A DNA stretch of 64,000 bases from Spirochaetia bacterium. Its GTDB lineage: Bacteria > Spirochaetota > Spirochaetia > DSM-2461. Both the position numbers and the translations under genes were made by a program. The DNA is taken from NCBI GenBank assembly GCA_963666985.2, contig CAXXIA010000002.1, positions 2,048,001 through 2,112,000 of the forward strand, given 5' to 3'. Of this stretch, positions 1-9,097 are shown one piece after another (positions within the stretch are counted from its first letter, which is position 1; every line of letters begins with the position of its first letter). The notes under the pieces are model-generated. The model was not told where the DNA came from. It did not search any database and was given only the letters and a program-made list of their open reading frames with translations.

Positions 1-511
1 TTTCAGTAATACAGATTCCTTCATTTCGTATTATCTGCACATTAGGATTTCCAAAAAAGAAGCGGGAGACGTCTTTACAACTAGCATCGAAGTATGGCCG
101 CAAATGAACAAGACGCCTTAAATACTCTTCAACTGTTTGCTTCTCTGTAATTTCGCAATCTAGATCGAAGAACACATGAAACCTTTCTCGTGGCTCTTCA
201 CCATCATGCTTTACTTTCCCATGATTCCGAGATGTCGCTATCCAGAATCGATAGGCAGCAAATTCCTGCATGAATTGCTCGATAGTAATGATATCTTTCT
301 CTTCGATACGACTATCATTATCGATATCTGCATAGAGCCATGATGTGGATTGAAAATTCTCTTTGCATCTCTCACCATCTGCCATCTTGCATAGCATATG
401 GTCTTTGGTTACAGCTTCACGGAAGGATTCAACTTCATCGATTTTAACAGGAATCTGATAGACCTTGTTTTTTGGGTCTCCGACTGTATCACTTCTGTAA
501 ATTATCGCCAT
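1..511 (-). CDS. Primase-polymerase (AEP-like N-terminal domain of phage/plasmid primase), partial; runs off the left edge
   Basis: Absent from the ORF track. Manual translation from ATG at 511 (RBS AGGAG upstream) gives MAIIYRSDTVGDPKNKVYQ...WLYADIDND...IATSRNHGKVKHDGEEPRERFHVFF...FDASCKDVSRFFFGN, open to position 2. DxDND, SRNH, RFHV and D..RFFFG motifs are typical of mobile-element primases. Confidence 0.75.
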   Translation of the reverse strand, partial: MAIIYRSDTVGDPKNKVYQIPVKIDEVESFREAVTKDHMLCKMADGERCKENFQSTSWLYADIDNDSRIEEKDIITIEQFMQEFAAYRFWIATSRNHGKVKHDGEEPRERFHVFFDLDCEITEKQTVEEYLRRLVHLRPYFDASCKDVSRFFFGNPNVQIIRNEGICITE

Positions 512-695
512 GCTGCTTACACTCCTGTGTACTTTCCAATTGTTTCATTGTTTCATCGATGAGTCCCCGTACGATATGTGATAACGGGCAACGTTTTGAT
601 TCTGCGAGTCTCTTCAAAAACTCGATTTGATACCAATCTATGACCAATTTTAGGTAATCAGGATCATAAACTTGACTGCTTGGATGAATTACCAT
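489..695 (-). CDS. Small putative ribbon-helix-helix DNA-binding protein
   Basis: 68 aa; LKRLAESKRCPLSHIVRGLID resembles CopG/RHH; RBS AGGAG; overlaps the primase start. Confidence 0.5.
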   Translation of the reverse strand: MVIHPSSQVYDPDYLKLVIDWYQIEFLKRLAESKRCPLSHIVRGLIDETMKQLESTQECKQHGDNLQK

Positions 696-870
696 TTTCT
701 ACTCCTTTGATCTGTTTAGTTCGAAGTGATTGAAGAAGAGCGATACCGATATATTCGCTTCGGTTCATCTTCAACTCGGATCGTCTCAACTCGATTTTTC
801 GAGCAAGAGACGGGTCTAGGGTGAAACTGAAAAGTCGTTTCTTCCGCTTTATGGAATTGCCCATAGACAC
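664..870 (-). CDS. Small putative ribbon-helix-helix (CopG-like) protein
   Basis: 68 aa; FSFTLDPSLARKIE...KMNRSEYI is an RHH pattern; RBS AAGGAG before GTG. Confidence 0.55.
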   Translation of the reverse strand: MSMGNSIKRKKRLFSFTLDPSLARKIELRRSELKMNRSEYIGIALLQSLRTKQIKGVENGNSSKQSSL

Positions 871-1310
871 TCCTTTAGTGGTCCTCAGAAACGAGGATTG
901 AGATGATATAGCTCGCCTACAGCGAACTTTTTTAATGGGGGGGGCAGAATTGCTTGGAATAGCTGTATTACAGCCTATGAAAATAAAAACTCGCGGAGAT
1001 CTCCACGAGTTGTGTGTATTATACCCTACTCGCGGTGTTAACCCAAAACTTAGTGTTGAAAAGGGTCAAAGTTGTTATAGATAAGCAAAAAAATCTTGCG
1101 ACTAAGACGGCGGTATTACAGACCTGACTTTGTGTTTTTCCCCAATGGGGCGGGTCTCTTGCTATAATGATTGTTACTGAAATTGTTACTTGAGTGTTAC
1201 GTTTACTTTCAAAATACTTTGATAATCGGTTATTATGCTGTTTGCTTTATTTCTTTTATCCGTATATAATTAAAGAAAAAGAGCGTAATCGAAAAACAGT
1301 AGAAATTCGA

Positions 1311-1586
<276 letters not shown>

Positions 1587-1606
1587 GTTCTTCGGAAGAA
1601 TCAGGC

Positions 1607-2209
1607 TTATTTTTTGTCGCCGTTCGGACAGCGAAGGAGGCTTTTCGCCAGCAGCCGAATATACTCCTTACGGGTTTCTTCGTTGTGTAAATCCACGGAG
1701 GCAAATTGATCATAGAGCCTCGGAGCGAAGATAAGCGGAAGAAGCGTGGCCGAGATTATCTGGATGATGGCGAGCTGAAGCGTTTTTTTATCGAGTTCCA
1801 CCCCCCTGCCGGTTAAATCTTCTTCAAGATTCTTTAAGAAAAGACTGAAGGCATCCATGGACGGTCCGCTGTAATCTCCGTTGAATACCCCTGAGAAGTG
1901 GGCACGGGTAATTCCGGGAAAGTTAACAACACCTTCCATTAAGTGATTCAGGATGACGGTAAGTCTGTCGATCGGTTCGGATTCGTCCGATTCCCGGAAA
2001 TCGGACCAGTCAAAGGCATTCTTGAGTGTAATGTCGATAACTTTCTTCACAAGGTTGTCTTTACTTCGGAAGTAGTAATTGATGGCCGCGCTGTTTACAC
2101 CCGCTCTCTCAGCGACTTTCCGGATGGTCATCGCTTCGAGTCCTTCTTCATTGATGCAGTCGATTGCCGCCAGGATTATTTTTTCTTCCGCGGAAGTTTC
2201 GGAATTCAT
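1607..2209 (-). CDS. TetR/AcrR family regulator
   Basis: N-terminal HTH: AAIDCINEEGLEAMTIRKVAERAGVNSAAINYYFRSK. Confidence 0.92.
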   Translation of the reverse strand: MNSETSAEEKIILAAIDCINEEGLEAMTIRKVAERAGVNSAAINYYFRSKDNLVKKVIDITLKNAFDWSDFRESDESEPIDRLTVILNHLMEGVVNFPGITRAHFSGVFNGDYSGPSMDAFSLFLKNLEEDLTGRGVELDKKTLQLAIIQIISATLLPLIFAPRLYDQFASVDLHNEETRKEYIRLLAKSLLRCPNGDKK

Positions 2210-2248
2210 GATTTCCCCATTTGATTGAAACGGCTGTTTGATTCGGAT

Positions 2249-3166
2249 TTATCCTACATTTCTCCGGGAATCTTTTTCAAGCGGAGCGAATATTTCCTTT
2301 TCTTGAATGCCGCACATCCTTTCGGAACGTTCCCAGAGTCTGCACGCCGCGTCCCGATTATAGGAAACACGGCCGGATCGGATCGGTTTTCCTTCCAGCC
2401 AGTATGTTCCGTTTCCAAGAGTCTTAATCGGTGCGGTAATCAAATGAACGATGGTTTTGGCAGCATGATCCGAACCGACACCATGCTTTCGCCGCTTCGA
2501 CCAGAACCAGGATTCGAATCCGAGAGTGTTTTTTTGGCCGAGCCCTGTGTTTACCAAACCCGGATCGGCGGCGAAGGCGCGAACGGAACCGTGTTTCCCC
2601 AAACGGCGGGCCAGTTCGTAGGTAAAAATTACATTGGCGAGCTTGGATTGGCGATAAGCCTTGAGAAGGTGGTATCCCTTTCTTAAGTGGAGATCGTCCC
2701 AGTGGATTCGACCGGAGCGGTGCGATCCGGAGCTTACCGTTACGATCCGTGCTTCGGGGGCGGATTGAAGGAGCGGCAGAAGAAGCCGTGTCAGCAGGAA
2801 GGGTGCCAGATGATTCACGGCGAATTGGAGTTCGTAGCCCTCCGCGGTTGTTGTGTACCAGCTTGCGACCGTTGCGGCGTTGTTGACCAATCCCGCAAGA
2901 CCCTCGCATCCTCGGGAGGCCGTGAGATTTTCTATTGAAGCGGCCAATTCCCGAATATTCCTCTGCACCGAGAGATCCGCCGTAAGATATTCCACGGCGG
3001 AATTCGGGGATTCGGTTTGAATCAATGTTTTCGCGATTCGGCATTTCTCTTCCGACCGCCCGACTCCGACGACAAAGAAATTCGATGCGGCCAGGTTTCT
3101 CGCCGCCGCCAGTCCGATTCCGGAAGTCGCGCCCGTTATAACGACGGCTTTTTTCTCCGATTTCAT
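2249..3166 (-). CDS. SDR oxidoreductase (retinol dehydrogenase/WWOX-like)
   Basis: TGATSGIG, NNAA, FAVNHLAPFLLT, YRQSK, DPGLVNT. Confidence 0.88.
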   Translation of the reverse strand: MKSEKKAVVITGATSGIGLAAARNLAASNFFVVGVGRSEEKCRIAKTLIQTESPNSAVEYLTADLSVQRNIRELAASIENLTASRGCEGLAGLVNNAATVASWYTTTAEGYELQFAVNHLAPFLLTRLLLPLLQSAPEARIVTVSSGSHRSGRIHWDDLHLRKGYHLLKAYRQSKLANVIFTYELARRLGKHGSVRAFAADPGLVNTGLGQKNTLGFESWFWSKRRKHGVGSDHAAKTIVHLITAPIKTLGNGTYWLEGKPIRSGRVSYNRDAACRLWERSERMCGIQEKEIFAPLEKDSRRNVG

Positions 3167-3313
3167 TCTTTCCTCCTCACAAGGTTTTTTTTGTTCGAAG
3201 TAACTTTATAATTAAAACGTACGATTAGTCCATATGATTAAAACACGTGTTTGACGTCTCGGGTAATAAGGCTTATCGTGAATCGATTATAAGGGGACCG
3301 GGAGGATTGAGGG

Positions 3314-4129
3314 ATGGAGAGTCGGGTTATGATTACGGGAGGCGCGGGTGCTCTGGGACGCGCGTTCGCCGCGGAATGCGCGGAACGGGGCTGGGATTTA
3401 ATTCTGACGGATATCGACGGGAACGCTTTGGCCGATACGGCCGCCGGATTATCCCGCGCATACGGAATCCGCGTGGATGTTTTTCCCTGCGATCTTATGA
3501 AGGAAGAGTCCAGGAATACTCTTTATTCCGATCTCGCGGATTCGGCATTGAAAATTCGGATGCTGATTAATGTGGCGGGTCTGGATTATGAAGGCGGGGT
3601 TTTGGAAAGGACACGGGAAGAGCTTCGAAAGATCGTTCGTCTGAATGTCGAGGCGACTTTGGAAACAACTCGCGCCGTATTGGAACTGAACGATTCGGAG
3701 CGGTCCTTTCGGCTCATTACCGTCTCGAGTCTTTCGGCCTATTACCCCATGCCGCTTAAAGCGACATACGCGGCGTCCAAGGCGTTTCTGCTGCAGTTTT
3801 CATTGGCCGTTCGAGAAGAACTTCGGAGTTCCGGGGGTTCGGCAACGGCGCTTTGTCCTTCGGGACTTCCTACACGGGAAGAAGCAATCGATGCCATCGA
3901 CGCTCAGGGCTTTATGGGACGGATAACGGCGATGAATATCGGAAAAGTGGCGGCTCTGACAATCGACGGAGCGCTTAAGGGACGGGCCGTTGTAATACCC
4001 GGTGCCGTTAATCGGGTTCTTCGGTTTCTCGGTTCGATCGTACCTCTTCCGATTCAAACCAGACTCCTTGCGGCCCGATGGGAAAAAGCGCGCGGCAGAT
4101 TCCGGCCGGAACCCGCCATTGGTGAATGA
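3314..4129 (+). CDS. SDR oxidoreductase
   Basis: TGGAGALG, INVAG, YAASK; RBS GGAGG. Confidence 0.88.
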   Translation: MESRVMITGGAGALGRAFAAECAERGWDLILTDIDGNALADTAAGLSRAYGIRVDVFPCDLMKEESRNTLYSDLADSALKIRMLINVAGLDYEGGVLERTREELRKIVRLNVEATLETTRAVLELNDSERSFRLITVSSLSAYYPMPLKATYAASKAFLLQFSLAVREELRSSGGSATALCPSGLPTREEAIDAIDAQGFMGRITAMNIGKVAALTIDGALKGRAVVIPGAVNRVLRFLGSIVPLPIQTRLLAARWEKARGRFRPEPAIGE

Positions 4130-4228
4130 ATAAATCTTTAACCGAAACCCCCTGTCGACGGATTGAGAAAATCGGGCCTGCGATGTAATACATATGAAGA
4201 GTGTTTTATCGCTACAGGAGGCCCCAAT

Positions 4229-5446
4229 TTGTCAAATATCCCGATTTTTGAAAAATGCCGGAATTTTGAAGCAGCACAGCAGGCTCGGGAAGGCGGGTAT
4301 TATCCGTACTTTCGCCCCATAGAAAGAGCTGAAGGAACAAAAGTCATTATCGAAGGCCGTGAGCTGCTGATGTTCGGTTCGAACAACTACCTCGGTCTGG
4401 CTCAGGATGAACGGGTTCAGGAAGCCGCCGTTAAAGCGATTCACGATTACGGAACCAGCTGTTCCGGTTCAAGGTTCATGAACGGGACTCTAGATCTTCA
4501 TGAGAAGCTGGAGAATAAACTGGCGGAATTTACCGGTCAGGAAGCCGCCCTTTGTCATACCACCGGATATCAAACCAATCTCGGTGCCATCAGTGCGCTG
4601 GTCGGACGGAAGGATCACGTGATATCGGACAAATTTAACCATGCTTCCATCATGGACGGTATCTTTCTGGCCCGCGGTTTTTCGGGCGGGGTGAATCTTC
4701 ATCGCTACAAGCATAACGATATGGACGACCTCGAATCGGTATTGAAAAAGATACCTGCGGACGAGGGAAAAATTGTGGTGACCGACGGCGTGTTCTCCAT
4801 GGAAGGAGACATCGTAAAGCTGCCGGAGCTGAAGCTGCTTTGCGAGAAGTACAATGCCGCGGTTTATTTGGATGAAGCTCATGCCGTCGGCGTTGTAGGG
4901 GCCACGGGAAGGGGAACTTCGGAACATTTCGGTTCTCCGGATTTGGTGGATTTGGTGATGTGCACCTTCAGCAAGTCTTTCGGTTCCATCGGAGGATTTG
5001 TCGCCGGACCGGCGAAGGTTATCGATTATGTCAAACATTTTTCCCGGCCGCTGATATTCAGTGCGTCCATGCCTCCGGCCAATGTGGCCAGCGTTCTCAA
5101 AACTCTGGAAATTATCATGGAAGAACCTCAAAGGGTGCGCCGGCTGCAGGAAATCGCCGATTATATGCTCAAAGGATTTGCCTCACGGGGTTTTGATATC
5201 GGCCGCGCGGAAACGCCGATTATTCCCATTATTACCGGTTCTCAGGAGAAAACCATCGCTTACTGGACGGCTCTCTTTAATCGGGGGATTTACGTTAATC
5301 CGGTTCTGCCTCCGGCGGTTCCCCCGAACCGCTGTTTGATTCGCACCAGCTATATGGCGATTCATCAGCAGGCCGATTTGGATTATTTCCTTGATGCGGC
5401 CACCGAAGAAGCGGACAAACTTGATATTCCCCGAGCGGCGGCCTGA
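4229..5446 (+). CDS. spt: Serine palmitoyltransferase-like alpha-oxoamine synthase (PLP-dependent)
   Basis: YYPYFRPIE..GTKVIIEGRELLMFGSNNYLGL, GSRFMNGT, NHASIMDG, DGVFSMEGD, DEAH, TFSKS (PLP lysine), IFSAS; resembles Bacteroidetes SPT more than BioF/Kbl. Start placed at TTG 4229 behind AGGAGG. Confidence 0.7.
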   Translation: MSNIPIFEKCRNFEAAQQAREGGYYPYFRPIERAEGTKVIIEGRELLMFGSNNYLGLAQDERVQEAAVKAIHDYGTSCSGSRFMNGTLDLHEKLENKLAEFTGQEAALCHTTGYQTNLGAISALVGRKDHVISDKFNHASIMDGIFLARGFSGGVNLHRYKHNDMDDLESVLKKIPADEGKIVVTDGVFSMEGDIVKLPELKLLCEKYNAAVYLDEAHAVGVVGATGRGTSEHFGSPDLVDLVMCTFSKSFGSIGGFVAGPAKVIDYVKHFSRPLIFSASMPPANVASVLKTLEIIMEEPQRVRRLQEIADYMLKGFASRGFDIGRAETPIIPIITGSQEKTIAYWTALFNRGIYVNPVLPPAVPPNRCLIRTSYMAIHQQADLDYFLDAATEEADKLDIPRAAA

Positions 5447-6267
5447 TGACGAAGAGACCTTCTTTTCGATTGGCGATTCTGACAGGCGGTTCCAGCGGCA
5501 TCGGACTGGCCGTTGCCGAACGTCTTGTCGGTGAAGGCACCTCGGTGGTTCTGATGGCAAGACGCCCGGAGCTTCTCATGCAGGCCGCCGAAAGATTGGA
5601 GTTTAAAAAACGGGACAAAGCTGAAATCCACACCGTTTCTCTGGACGTTTCGGATGCTTCCGCGGTGCGCCAGGGGGTCACCCAAATTCTTCAAAACATC
5701 GGAACGCCCGATTTGGTTTATTGCGGGGCGGGAATGACTCATACCAACCATTTCGCCGAGATTACGCGGGAACAGTTTCAGGCGATTCTGACAACGAATG
5801 TCGGAGGTATTTGGAACGTGCTGTCGTCGGTTCTTCCGAGTATGAGGGAGAGGGGAGAGGGGACCGTCGTGACGGTTTCTTCCGTATCGGGCTTGGTGGG
5901 AACCTACGGGTATTCCGCCTATGCCGCTTCGAAGTTCGGCGTTATGGGTTTGTCTCAGGTTTTGAGAAACGAGCTCAAACCCGACGGGATTCGGGTGAAG
6001 GTGCTCTGTCCGCCGGATACCAACACCCCGCAGCTGGAGGAAGAGCGGCTCACGATGCCGGAAGAAACCCGGAAAATCAACGGGATGGCCGGATGCAAGG
6101 AGCCCGAGGAGATCGCCGAGGCGCTGATGAAAGGCTTACGAAAGCGACGGTTCGTTATCCTTCCGGGATTTATGAGCAAGGTTACCTGGTATCTCTACCG
6201 GTGGTTTCCCGGATTTGTTCATCTGATTATCGATTCGGATGTCCGGAGGGCGCGAAAGGCGAAGTGA
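5446..6267 (+). CDS. SDR, 3-ketodihydrosphingosine reductase (KDSR/Tsc10)-like
   Basis: TGGSSGIG, GYSAYAASKF, CPPDTNTPQLEEERLTMPEETRKI matching the KDSR-type PPDTDTP..EEN.TKP.ET..I pattern; start overlaps the spt stop (TGATG). Confidence 0.72.
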   Translation: MTKRPSFRLAILTGGSSGIGLAVAERLVGEGTSVVLMARRPELLMQAAERLEFKKRDKAEIHTVSLDVSDASAVRQGVTQILQNIGTPDLVYCGAGMTHTNHFAEITREQFQAILTTNVGGIWNVLSSVLPSMRERGEGTVVTVSSVSGLVGTYGYSAYAASKFGVMGLSQVLRNELKPDGIRVKVLCPPDTNTPQLEEERLTMPEETRKINGMAGCKEPEEIAEALMKGLRKRRFVILPGFMSKVTWYLYRWFPGFVHLIIDSDVRRARKAK

Positions 6268-6354
6268 GTGCTTTGGCTCCCAGGGAGCCGAAGCATCAGG
6301 AAGTGGTGCATTATATTGCGCTGAACAGGTGCGATACCGCGATAATATCGCCGA

Positions 6355-7170
6355 CTATTGCTTGAATTCCAGCCGAACCAGCCTGACCATGCTGAAAAGA
6401 TCGGAGAAGCGCATTCTGAATTTCGTATCGGAAGTCCATTCTTTATTTATGGCGATTCGTCTGTAGAACGGATAATCGGCGGCCACATGGATTTTCGGGG
6501 AGACTTTGGAAAAGAACTTGCGGGTGTTCCTTAAGGCGAAATACATTTCGGCGCCTTTATTTCCGGTTTTCTTGACGTAGTTGTTTGAAATCTTCAGTCC
6601 GACTTTCCCCACGGTATCGAAGACCATGGAAGAGTCGGGAAAGCTTTCGGCGATTTTTTTGATGAATTCGCCGACAACCTCTTCTTCAAAGTAGTAGAGA
6701 ACTCCCCCGACAATGAAGAGACATCCCTTTTGAGGGGTATAATCGATTCGGTTAATCCAGGAGTAATCGAAGCAGGACTGGGCTATGGATTGGCTCCGTT
6801 CCCGAGGGGCAATGTATTGATTTCTCAGCTCGATGATTTCCGGCAAATCCAGGTCGAACCATCGCACGGATCCGTTATCGATTCTTGAAAATGTGGTATC
6901 CAGACCTGAGCCTATGCTGATGATGACCGCTTCGGGATGCACGGAAAGATATTCCTTGATTTCCCTATCGAAATTGGCGGCCCTGACTGCGCTGGCCAGG
7001 CAATAGTACTCCTTGGATGAATCAATATGGCTGAAATCGTAGCCGACTTCATCGGCAATTCGGGTGGATTCGGCATCGTTGAGCAGGGACGGCCACTTCT
7101 TCGTTGCATAGGCCCGTCCCCACAAGGGTACAAAGAGTGTTTCCTGGATATTGCCGGCAGGTAATGTCAT
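6355..7170 (-). CDS. Class I SAM-dependent methyltransferase (TcmP/LCM family)
   Basis: IQETLFVPLWGRA, IGSGLDT, WFDLDLPEIIELR, GVLYYF. Confidence 0.85.
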   Translation of the reverse strand: MTLPAGNIQETLFVPLWGRAYATKKWPSLLNDAESTRIADEVGYDFSHIDSSKEYYCLASAVRAANFDREIKEYLSVHPEAVIISIGSGLDTTFSRIDNGSVRWFDLDLPEIIELRNQYIAPRERSQSIAQSCFDYSWINRIDYTPQKGCLFIVGGVLYYFEEEVVGEFIKKIAESFPDSSMVFDTVGKVGLKISNNYVKKTGNKGAEMYFALRNTRKFFSKVSPKIHVAADYPFYRRIAINKEWTSDTKFRMRFSDLFSMVRLVRLEFKQ

Positions 7171-7200
7171 TTAATTTTGAGAGTTCCTTCGGCCGCCGGT

Positions 7201-8835
7201 CTAATATCCGTCCGAGGCGGCTCTGTTCATATCCTTTTTGTAGAGTTCGTTATAAACAAATCCCCGGTTTCTAAGAGTGTCTTTCACCGGCTGAGTGAAG
7301 GGCATTTGCCTCCAGAAAATACCTCGGACTTCCTTGTCCAGTTTCTGGACGCCGTCCACTTCTTTGGTTATCCAGAGGACATAATCCTCAAGGAATCGCA
7401 GGCGGACGTCTCCGCGGAGTTTTTTGGAGCTGAACCATTGATAGTAGTGGCCGGTCAGGCCTTCTTCCATCCAATAGTGGGCCGCTTTTTCCTTGGCGAC
7501 GTTCCAGCGTAAATCGCCGAGAGCATAAATCACGGCCAGCTTGAGGTTCTTCGGGAACATGGGAATGGCGATACGGCCGCGGCTGGTTCCTCTGTTGAAT
7601 CGTTCGAAGGGTTCCCAGCAGACTCCCTTATCTCCGTAGCAGGGAATAATAATGGTATGCGGAACGATACGATTCGTTTTCTGGCGGAAACTCCTGCGGA
7701 AGACTTCCGGATCGATTTGTTCGATTTGATCCATAAACCGGATGATGTTTTCGCGCGTTCCGATCAGATCGAGATTCGGGAAAAAGAAGTTTTTCATCAG
7801 GAAGGGAAGGTGATTCCCCTGCCTGCCGACGCACATTTTAGCCATTTGGCGGATGCCGTCGAGTTCCGCTTCGAGAACGCTTCGATCGGCTTTGCTCAAT
7901 CCGCCCATACTTTCGATTTTGTTTCCCAGTTTGCCGAGTTCGGCGTTTGCGTCTTTAAATTTTCCGATATTGTTCGAAATATCGCGGTCCATCTTGCTGA
8001 GTTTCCGCAGAACATCGTTGATTCTGCTCAACGACGCTTTCTGATCCGGTGAAAAAGCTTTTTGAATACCGGGAATGGTCGGATGGGGATCGTGCCGGGA
8101 AATGGCGGCGGCGAGGGATGAAAGTTCGTTTTCAAGTCCGCTTCTGCTTGTCATGAGTTTCTGCAGGAACGACAGATTGGCTTCCATGGATCCTTGAGCT
8201 TTATCAAGCTGAGCTTTGGCTTTGGAAGCGGCGCTGAGCTTTGATATTTTCATCTCATCCGTAGCCAGAGGGTTCACTTGACCGGCGAGGACCAGATCCA
8301 TCCATTCGTCGATGTAATGAACCGGTTCGTCCAGTTCTTTTCCGGAGACGATTTTGGAGATCATCCGTCGCTGTTCCCCGGAAACAAGCGTGGGAAGGAT
8401 GTAACCGTAGCGCAGGGCCCATCGTTTTTCCATTACCGGTCCGTGGTAATGGGCCGATAAACTGCGGGCAAGATCCCAATAGGCCGGAATGAGTCTTTGG
8501 CGGTACACGCCTTTGTCTTTTGGATCTTCCGCTTTGAGGTATTTTTGAAGAAGTGTGTGGAATCTCTGGGCGGATTCGCCTTCTCCGGTAAGAATCTTGG
8601 AATAGTAATCCTTTTCAAAAAAGACGGGATCGGAATCTTGTTCCCATTTTGCAACGGAACTGAAATTCTGTTTGGAAATGTTTTCCGTTTGAATTGTTTG
8701 ATCGTCTTTGATTACGGGAGCCGGTTCGTCGAAGAGATCCGAAAAGTCCGGGACGGATGCAGGAGACGTGTCGTCACCCAGGAGATCAGCAATCTCCGGG
8801 TCGATGTCTCCTGCAGCCACAAAATTATCCGACAT
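7201..8835 (-). CDS. Hypothetical protein with a central coiled coil
   Basis: Long ORF; real start likely ATG 8835 (MSDNF), because the ORF-track start lies inside tRNA-Ala. Confidence 0.8.
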   Translation of the reverse strand: MSDNFVAAGDIDPEIADLLGDDTSPASVPDFSDLFDEPAPVIKDDQTIQTENISKQNFSSVAKWEQDSDPVFFEKDYYSKILTGEGESAQRFHTLLQKYLKAEDPKDKGVYRQRLIPAYWDLARSLSAHYHGPVMEKRWALRYGYILPTLVSGEQRRMISKIVSGKELDEPVHYIDEWMDLVLAGQVNPLATDEMKISKLSAASKAKAQLDKAQGSMEANLSFLQKLMTSRSGLENELSSLAAAISRHDPHPTIPGIQKAFSPDQKASLSRINDVLRKLSKMDRDISNNIGKFKDANAELGKLGNKIESMGGLSKADRSVLEAELDGIRQMAKMCVGRQGNHLPFLMKNFFFPNLDLIGTRENIIRFMDQIEQIDPEVFRRSFRQKTNRIVPHTIIIPCYGDKGVCWEPFERFNRGTSRGRIAIPMFPKNLKLAVIYALGDLRWNVAKEKAAHYWMEEGLTGHYYQWFSSKKLRGDVRLRFLEDYVLWITKEVDGVQKLDKEVRGIFWRQMPFTQPVKDTLRNRGFVYNELYKKDMNRAASDGY

Positions 8836-8843
8836 ATCCGATT

Positions 8844-8917
8844 TGGAGGTGAAGGGAGTCGAACCCATGACCTCGTGAATGCCATTCACGCGCTCTAGCC
8901 AACTGAGCTACACCCCC
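8844..8917 (-). tRNA. tRNA-Ala(GGC)
   Basis: GGGGGTGTAGCTCAGTTGGCTAGAGCGCGTGAATGGCATTCACGAGGTCATGGGTTCGACTCCCTTCACCTCCA; full cloverleaf with G3:U70. Confidence 0.97.
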
Positions 8918-8930
8918 GGATGCGAAGGCT

Positions 8931-8959
8931 ATCGTATCGACGGCCTTATGATGTGTCAA
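8931..8959 (-). promoter_or_regulatory. Sigma70 promoter of tRNA-Ala
   Basis: TTGACA-17 bp-TACGAT on the minus strand. Confidence 0.7.
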
Positions 8960-9097
8960 CATGAAACGCCTAAAAAACGGATAAAAAACCGTTTTTAGGT
9001 TCCCGCCGAACCATGATTCAAAGACAATGGTTCTTCTTTTTATTTTGAAGAAAGTTCCAAGGGACGGTCAAGTCCGATTTCGATTATACTCCACATC

